Shown: piece after piece, positions 17,990-23,898 of the stretch | Layout: the number at the start of each line of letters is the position of its first letter | Numbering within the stretch: the first letter of the stretch is position 1 | NCBI GenBank assembly: GCA_043754515.1 | Contig: JAYUUO010000271.1 | Span: 1-23,898, forward strand | DNA length: 23,898 nt | Origin: Armatimonadota bacterium | Lineage (GTDB): Bacteria > Armatimonadota > Armatimonadia > Armatimonadales > Armatimonadaceae | Reading direction: 5' to 3' | The notes under the pieces: generated by a model | Told to the model about the DNA's origin: nothing | What the model saw: only the letters and a program-made list of their open reading frames with translations | Database searches by the model: none | Program-made: the position numbers and the translations under genes

Positions 17990-18289
17990 ATGACAACAAC
18001 TGACCACGAGGCATTGCATCTACACGGCGACTGGGACCAGATTGACCGGATTCTGTGGGAGGTTTGGGACCCCATCGGCGTCCACGGAGTGGATGAAGCA
18101 CGGGACGAATACCGCTCCTACATACCGGCGGTCTACCATGCGCTTCGGAATGGCGCGTCCGACGAAGTATTGGAGAGCGTGCTTGAATCCATTGAGGTGG
18201 CGCGGATGGGTTTGAAGAATGCGGACAAAGCGCGGCGGCAGGCCACCGCACGGACATTGCGCGAATCGGTTATAATTGATCGGGAGTAA
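17990..18289 (+). CDS. Small hypothetical protein with WDPIG..DEY motif (DUF1871-like)
   Basis: ATG at 17990 after AGGAAG; 99 aa containing ILWEVWDPIGV..ARDEYRSY..IE..RMGL. Confidence 0.75.
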   Translation: MTTTDHEALHLHGDWDQIDRILWEVWDPIGVHGVDEARDEYRSYIPAVYHALRNGASDEVLESVLESIEVARMGLKNADKARRQATARTLRESVIIDRE

Positions 18290-18680
18290 ACAAGCATGGC
18301 GCGACAAGCATCAGCGGTTCCGACCGTCGTAAGCCTTCACATGCGCCGCCTAGCCCCCTGAGTACTTGGCACTTAGCCTCCGAACTATTAGCAGGTTGTC
18401 CCGTGCCAATTCCTCCATCATCGTGTTATGCATGCGCGTCGCCCCCGATTACCACGCCACGCCCCGACGACCTACCGTCTAGCCCCCCTTTAATAAATAG
18501 CCGCCCGCAAAATCCGCGAACTATTCGCCGCCCCGCCTTGTTGAGATTCAAAAGAGCCGAGGGGGCTAGCACCCCTTCCCGACCCCGGTAACTTATTTTC
18601 CGGCAACACGGGTATAACTAGTGCGCGTAGAGGCCGTTCATTTCACGGTCGTCGCGATTGAACGGGAGCGAAGCGGTTTT

Positions 18681-19685
18681 ATGCAGGCGTTAACGGGGAT
18701 AAAGGGGAAGGTTCATCAGGCGTGGTCAGCGGCGACCGGCCGGTTGCCGTTCCCGAAGACGGGAGGCGCGCGGTGCGAGGACGGGGAGTTTTCCCTGCTC
18801 CGTGAATCTGTAGCTGGCGTTGAGCCGGGGCTTGTCGCCGCCTACGAGCACTGCCGCAAGATCAACGCGCACTACGGCAAGACCTACTACTTCTCGTCCG
18901 GCTTCTTCCCTGCCGATGTCCGCCCCGCCGTCCACGCCTTGTACGCCTGGGTACGCTACCCGGACGAATGGGTGGATAACCCCGGCGACAGGACGGTCGA
19001 GGAGCAGGCGGATAAACTGCGACAGTGGCGCGACGCGACGGCGGACGCGATCAAGACCGGCTCCTCCGAACACCCCGTTTTAGCGGCGTGGGCGGACTCG
19101 GCGCGGCGGTACGAAGTTCCGTCCCGCTACATGCACGATTTCCTGGACGCAATGGAGATGGATTTGACAGTTTCACGCTACCAGACGTTCGAGGATCTGC
19201 AGAAGTATACATATGGCTCCGCGAGCGTGGTGGGCCTGATAATGTGCCGACTCGTGGGTTGCGATGATCCGGCCAGCGTCTCGCACGCGTCCGCGCTCGG
19301 CCTCGGTATGCAGATGACCAACTTCCTGCGCGACGTCGGCGAGGACTACGCCGGGCGCGGACGTATCTATCTGCCCCTTGAAGACATGGAGCGGTTCGGC
19401 GTGACCGAGGGCGACATCCGGGACGGACGCGTGACGGAGAACGTGATCGCCTTGCTCCAATTCGAGATGGAGCGCACCCGGCACATATACGAGCACGCCG
19501 ACGCTGGGATTCCCTACCTACCTCGCTACGCGCAACTCCCCGTGCGGCTCGCCCGCGTCCTCTATTCGCGGATACTAGACAAGATCGAGCAGAACCGCTA
19601 CGACGTGTTCACGAAACGCGCCCGTGTTCCAACGTGGGAGAAGATGGTCACGCTCGCCGTCGAGCAGAAGCGTTACGGGAAGTGA
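18681..19685 (+). CDS. crtB: Phytoene synthase (squalene/phytoene synthase family)
   Basis: Motifs YGKTYYFSS, ALYAWVRYPDEWVD, FLDAMEMDL, ASVVGL, QMTNFLRDVGED, GRIYLP and IEQNRYDVFTKRARV. ATG at 18681 preferred over GTG at 18621. Confidence 0.92.
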   Translation: MQALTGIKGKVHQAWSAATGRLPFPKTGGARCEDGEFSLLRESVAGVEPGLVAAYEHCRKINAHYGKTYYFSSGFFPADVRPAVHALYAWVRYPDEWVDNPGDRTVEEQADKLRQWRDATADAIKTGSSEHPVLAAWADSARRYEVPSRYMHDFLDAMEMDLTVSRYQTFEDLQKYTYGSASVVGLIMCRLVGCDDPASVSHASALGLGMQMTNFLRDVGEDYAGRGRIYLPLEDMERFGVTEGDIRDGRVTENVIALLQFEMERTRHIYEHADAGIPYLPRYAQLPVRLARVLYSRILDKIEQNRYDVFTKRARVPTWEKMVTLAVEQKRYGK

Positions 19686-19790
19686 TGAAGCGTCGCGTGG
19701 TCGGGGCACCAGGCTCGTCGCATCCGTGTCCTCGCCCCGCTCCCCCGTCCTACATGCCCGCGGAACACGTACAGGTGCGTCGGCAAGCCC

Positions 19791-20092
19791 GTGCTTCACT
19801 TGGATCGGCGCGAGGTGGAACGCCGTCCGCTCGCGTTGCCGAGTCGTGAAAGCGAGTTGCTGGGCGTCTGCGAACATGGTTCCCGGCGGAACAGACCGAT
19901 GAGTATCGCGCCCTGTGCCGCCGGAGCGATGCAGGGACACTTTCCCCACCCGAACGAGAGCGTTTTTTGTCGCTCATAGAGCAGCGTGATCACAACAACA
20001 CGCAAAGGTTGGAAATCGTCGCCGCGATCGCGGAACTACGCGGCATCTCCTTCCGCGAGGCGATGGCGATGCTCGGAACACAGCCGGAATAG
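19791..20092 (+). pseudogene. Frameshifted remnant of a small helical protein of the type found upstream of HNH genes
   Basis: LPSRESELLGVCEHG, then after a 1-nt shift at about 19881 PAEQTDEYRALCRRSDAGTLSPPERERFLSLIEQRDHNNTQRLEIVAAIAELRGISFREAMAMLGTQPE*. Confidence 0.6.
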
Positions 20093-20099
20093 TCACGTC

Positions 20100-20190
20100 A
20101 TGGCAGTCGTTTCCGAGGCGGTCCGCGCCGCAGTCGTTCAGCAGGCCGGTGGGATTTGCGAGTACTGCCGTTACCCGGAGGAGTTCAAAT
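20100..20190 (+). pseudogene. Truncated HNH endonuclease (N-terminal ~29 codons only)
   Basis: MAVVSEAVRAAVVQQAGGICEYCRYPEEF matches an HNH N-terminus (V..RAGG.CEYC). The expected DHI.P and CxxCN motifs are absent and the frame runs antisense into the endonuclease gene. Confidence 0.65.
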
Positions 20191-20249
20191 CGTTGCTTCG
20201 TGCAATCGTGAAAGACTATGCCACTGCCTGCCATTCTTCGAGACGGATT

Positions 20250-20975
20250 CTAAAGGATCGTCACCCAAGTAGCGTCGAACCCGATAGTGCCCAAGGTGAC
20301 ATCCATAGGCTGTTTCTCAGGCAGTCGTAGCTGGAAAGCGATTCGATTGGGCGGCACTTCTTCGATGATAGTGAACTGTGCGCCGTGGGGTTGCCAGGTA
20401 AACTTGTGCTGACCGATGGCGTCCTTATCCTCCAAGTTGCCGCGCTTGTTCCACTCCCATTTGTAGAGTTCGGGTTCAAACCGTAAAGTCTCGAACTCGA
20501 AGAGGGCGCACTCGCTCAGATTATCGCCTTTGATGAGAACTACGGTACGACAATGAGCAAAACGTTGCCGAAGAGAAGAAACCCGCGTGTTCCAGATACC
20601 AAGAATGTGTTGACCGACTTCGGCGGGCGGGAGTTTACGTGCGTCACTCTCATTGTATGAAAAATCAAGCGAGTTGCGCCCCGAAATTAGGCGGATACGT
20701 CGCGCGGCGGCAGGGTGTGCTTGCTTGACCGTCTTGGCACTCCAGCAACAGTTGCCTAACTGAATATCATCGAGACCGATGTTCGACGGCTTCCACTCCG
20801 CATTGATTGCCCGTGCGAATATCTCCTCCCAATCGCGACCTTCGAGGCTGGCATCACTCCGGGTATAGAGGAGATAGACGATGCTTCCAGCGATGCGTAT
20901 CACTGTGTCGCGTGGAAACTGACCGAGTGGGTAAGGAGATTTGATTTTATCCGCTGTACGGAGTTTTGGTTCCAT
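20250..20975 (-). CDS. Putative type II restriction endonuclease
   Basis: 241 aa, overlapping the C5-MTase 3' end by 29 nt, with the same low GC. PD-(D/E)XK-like layout EGRDWEEIF...GLDD..WSAKTVK. Confidence 0.75.
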   Translation of the reverse strand: MEPKLRTADKIKSPYPLGQFPRDTVIRIAGSIVYLLYTRSDASLEGRDWEEIFARAINAEWKPSNIGLDDIQLGNCCWSAKTVKQAHPAAARRIRLISGRNSLDFSYNESDARKLPPAEVGQHILGIWNTRVSSLRQRFAHCRTVVLIKGDNLSECALFEFETLRFEPELYKWEWNKRGNLEDKDAIGQHKFTWQPHGAQFTIIEEVPPNRIAFQLRLPEKQPMDVTLGTIGFDATWVTIL

Positions 20976-21963
20976 AGTCGCTCCGTTTCTCTATCGCCAT
21001 GTAGCCCTGTTTGGTGAGCGGTTCTATATAATAAGTGGGTTGCTCCGCCCACTCCAAGGCATCTATAACTCTTTCTATGACAGCACGTACCATTGGGACA
21101 GGAACCGCATTCCCCGCTTGTTTTCTCACTTGACTGTGGGTGCAGGCGATTCTGAATGAATCGGGAAATCCTTGTAGGCGCAACATCTCGCGGGATGTCA
21201 GGCGGCGTTCGCCGTTGACGAGGAGATAATTATAACTGGCTCCCGCCCTCAGCGCACAACTGTAAGGATATGCACTAACATGCCCTGCTTTGTTTTCGTG
21301 CCAAATAGTAGGCTCTTTGGAAGGCTCGCACTGTTCGAGTCTGCGCTGACGAATATGCTCCGAAGCGAAGTGGCAGTCATCAACATCTGTTTCCAGAAGG
21401 TCAGACAAAGGTTTCATCGGAACTGGCGATAGTGGCCAAGCGAAGGACACTTTCTCGCGGAAACCGACTATAAAGATGCGCTCACGTTTTTGAGGTAACC
21501 CAAAGTTCAAAGCGTTCAGAACACGATGTGTGTGGTTGTAGCCAAGTGTATCCAGTGTTTCCAGGATTCGGCTTAGTGTCCGTCCTTCATCATGTGAAGC
21601 GAGTTGCTTGACATTTTCCAACACGAAAGCAACGGGCTTTTTTGCTTCGAGAATCCGCGCGACATCAAAAAACAATGTTCCTCGCGTGTCCTCGAAGCCT
21701 CTCGAATCACCCATGATGCTGAAGGGTTGACAAGGAAAACCCGCCAGTAGCAAATCGTGATCAGGTATATCTCTCTCGTCCACCTTGGTGATATCGCCGG
21801 TGGGAACTCTCCCGAAGTTCGCCGCATAAGCACGTCTTGCGTCTTCGTCAATGTCGGAAGAGAAGACGCAGTCGGCACTTAACCCTCTGCTTTGTAATGC
21901 TTGCTCGGCCCCGAAGTGGAATCCACCAATACCACAGAAAAGATCAATGAATCGTATTGCCAT
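20947..21963 (-). CDS. DNA (cytosine-5)-methyltransferase
   Basis: Motif I FIDLFCGIGG, IV GFPCQPFS, VI ENV, VIII PQKRERIF, IX RLTSREMLRLQGFP and X KQAGNAV. Confidence 0.97.
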   Translation of the reverse strand: MAIRFIDLFCGIGGFHFGAEQALQSRGLSADCVFSSDIDEDARRAYAANFGRVPTGDITKVDERDIPDHDLLLAGFPCQPFSIMGDSRGFEDTRGTLFFDVARILEAKKPVAFVLENVKQLASHDEGRTLSRILETLDTLGYNHTHRVLNALNFGLPQKRERIFIVGFREKVSFAWPLSPVPMKPLSDLLETDVDDCHFASEHIRQRRLEQCEPSKEPTIWHENKAGHVSAYPYSCALRAGASYNYLLVNGERRLTSREMLRLQGFPDSFRIACTHSQVRKQAGNAVPVPMVRAVIERVIDALEWAEQPTYYIEPLTKQGYMAIEKRSDYGTKTPYSG

Positions 21964-21981
21964 GATTAGATGCTTTCTCAG

Positions 21982-22033
21982 CCATTAATGGTTAGGATAC
22001 GGGAGTATACATCGTCGGTAGCAACGGCGTCAA
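21982..22033 (-). promoter_or_regulatory. Sigma70-type promoter of the R-M operon with downstream palindrome
   Basis: TTGACG (22033-22028), 18-nt spacer, TATACT (22009-22004). Perfect palindrome CCATTAATGG at 21982-21991. Confidence 0.6.
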
Positions 22034-22208
22034 CGTGTTGGAGTCACCACCGTGTCGCCCGAGCTTCGCCGGAGTGACGCCCGAAATTCGTTTCATGTGC
22101 CGGTTCGGGCGTGCCTGTTTGGAGGATCCGACTGGGAGTAACGCCTTAAAAACATTCACGTCTGCCCTAGCCGTGATTCCGTTCGGCTAGCCGCGCGTGC
22201 CCCCCCCG

Positions 22209-23135
22209 TCACCCCAGTAGCGTCCGCATCCGATCAATCCGGTACACGTTGTCCGACGCGAGCCGGTTTACCTGCGCGACGGTGAGTGGCGGCGGCGCAC
22301 CCGGTCGCAGGACGCCCCACAGGGCCTCAATCCCCCGCGCGGCGACGCGCAAAAGGGGTAGCGGCACGGAGCGCGGCGCGGTGCCGTCCTTTAGCCCGTT
22401 GTCCGACGCCATCCCTACGGCTATCTCGCGGAGCGTTCGCGCACCGCCCGGATCGGCGACGATGATCGGCAGGTCCGTCGGGACGTCCGCCAGCAGTCCG
22501 GCGTTCACGGCGGCAGTGGCGGCGACGTCCACCGCGACACACGTTTTGCGGTTCATCCCTCCCCCCGGTAGCACGAATCGCCCGCGCCGAATAGCCGACT
22601 CCATCCGCGCCATGTTGCCCCGATCGCGCGCCCCGTATACCGTCGCGAGCCGCAGGATCACGCCCAGGCCACCGGTCCGCGCCGCCCACTCCTGTACCAG
22701 CAGTTCGCCGCGCAGTTTCGTCCGCGCGTAAGGCGTCGCCGGGGCGGGGGGCGCGGTCTCGGCGATCCCTTCGGGCGGGGTCTCCTCCCCGAAGACGGCC
22801 ACCGTACTGAAATAGACGAAACGCGGGACGGCGGCCTCGGTCGCGGCTTGCAACAGTTTCGTCGTGCCGCCCACGTTCACCCGCTCGAAGTCGGACTCGG
22901 GCGCGTCGGGTGAATGCACCTGTGCCGCCGCGTGGTACACGACGCCCGCGCCCTCGCACCCCGCCAGGAGAACGCGGGTGTCATCGAGTGATCCGGCGAA
23001 AGCGCGGCAGCCGGGGGGCACATCAGGTACGCCGCGCGTCAGCACGCGAACCTCGCGGAACGACGGGTGCGCGAGCAGATGGCGGCACAGGGCGTACCCG
23101 ACGCAACCCGTCGCCCCGGTGACGAAGGCGATCAT
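22209..23135 (-). CDS. NAD-dependent epimerase/dehydratase (extended SDR)
   Basis: Motifs VTGATGCVG, HAAA, VNVGGT, FSTVAVFG, YARTK (YxxxK) and LRLATVYG. ATGA overlap with the upstream glycosyltransferase. Confidence 0.92.
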   Translation of the reverse strand: MIAFVTGATGCVGYALCRHLLAHPSFREVRVLTRGVPDVPPGCRAFAGSLDDTRVLLAGCEGAGVVYHAAAQVHSPDAPESDFERVNVGGTTKLLQAATEAAVPRFVYFSTVAVFGEETPPEGIAETAPPAPATPYARTKLRGELLVQEWAARTGGLGVILRLATVYGARDRGNMARMESAIRRGRFVLPGGGMNRKTCVAVDVAATAAVNAGLLADVPTDLPIIVADPGGARTLREIAVGMASDNGLKDGTAPRSVPLPLLRVAARGIEALWGVLRPGAPPPLTVAQVNRLASDNVYRIDRMRTLLG

Positions 23136-23896
23136 GCCCGCCGCGCCCGCCGCCGCTCGTCCGCGACCTTATACAGGTCCAGCCACTCGGCGACGCATAG
23201 CTCCCGCTCGTACCGATTCAGCATCTTCGCGCGTCCGGCCTCGCCCATGGTACGGCGGTCGTCCGGGGGTAGCGCGAGCAGTTCGCACACCGCGTCCGCG
23301 AGCGCGTCTGGGGACGCGAGCGGCACCAGTCGCCCGTTCGCGGTCTCGACCAGTTCGCAGTTGCCGCGCACGTCGGTCGCGACGGTCGGCAGGCGCATCG
23401 CGAGTGCCTCCTGAATCGCGCACGGCAAGCCTTCCTGCTTCGATGGGAATACGAACAAGGTGGACGCCGCCAGTATACGCTTCACGTCGCGCCGGAACCC
23501 TAGAAACCGGCAGTTCTCGAAAACGCCGAGCGACCGCGCCAGTGCCGTGTTCGCGTCCAACATCCGCCCGTCGCCCACCAGCACGAGCAGGGCGTCGGGG
23601 TGCGCGGCGACTATGCGCGGCATCGCCCGTATCGCGTCGAACTGCCGCTTGCGCGGCAACATCTCGCCGACCACGGACAGGATCGGCGCGCCCGCGCCCG
23701 CGCCGATTTCCGCCCGGAACGCGTCCCGCTCCGCCCGCGGCACCGAGTCGGGGTCGAACTGCTCGCGGGCGGAGATGCCGATGCCGCGCGTGGCGAAAAG
23801 CCGGTCTTCCGGCACCACGTTCTCCCGGAGCGCGGCGTCGAAATCCTCGCGGTTGTAGACGTACACCGCGTCCGAGAGTTTGTGCCCGGCGTACCG
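23132..23896 (-). CDS. Glycosyltransferase family 4 (5' end outside window)
   Basis: Frame open to the window edge. Motifs VGEMLPRKRQ, LVGDG, FLGFRRDV, FPSKQEGLPCAIQEA and VATDVRGNCELV. Confidence 0.92.
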   Translation of the reverse strand, partial: RYAGHKLSDAVYVYNREDFDAALRENVVPEDRLFATRGIGISAREQFDPDSVPRAERDAFRAEIGAGAGAPILSVVGEMLPRKRQFDAIRAMPRIVAAHPDALLVLVGDGRMLDANTALARSLGVFENCRFLGFRRDVKRILAASTLFVFPSKQEGLPCAIQEALAMRLPTVATDVRGNCELVETANGRLVPLASPDALADAVCELLALPPDDRRTMGEAGRAKMLNRYERELCVAEWLDLYKVADERRRARRA

Positions 23897-23898
23897 CT

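Noticed and set aside
22167..22190. Hairpin CTAGCCG-N10-CGGCTAG as epimerase terminator
   Set aside because: A 7-bp stem with a long loop and no adjacent U-tract is too weak to call.

Overview
GC-rich bacterial chromosomal window of mixed housekeeping and accessory genes. The VPEAGT-type PEP-CTERM sorting signal and overall gene style would fit an Armatimonadota-like organism, but that is only an inference. Core and envelope genes include a secreted TPR protein, a membrane-anchored WD40 protein, a PHP-family metallohydrolase, a BatA/VWA protein, pnuC, a GT-C-type membrane protein, pcm, a stand-alone purL, crtB, an NAD-dependent epimerase and a partial GT4. Accessory features: (i) a secreted caspase-PEGA-FGE/SUMF1 (C-type lectin fold) protein with a lower-GC 3' module whose C-terminus resembles a DGR variable region, with no RT or template repeat in the window; (ii) a ScyD/ScyE-family PEP-CTERM gene broken by an internal deletion and frameshift; (iii) a solo RecB/Cas4-like Fe-S nuclease with a likely leaderless promoter; (iv) a low-GC type II R-M pair (C5 methyltransferase plus atypical endonuclease) abutting a decayed helical-protein/HNH two-gene module; (v) two different REP/REPIN-like palindrome families. 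No rRNA, tRNA, CRISPR array, integrase, transposase or reverse transcriptase was seen. All family calls come from motif recognition by eye, not database searches.
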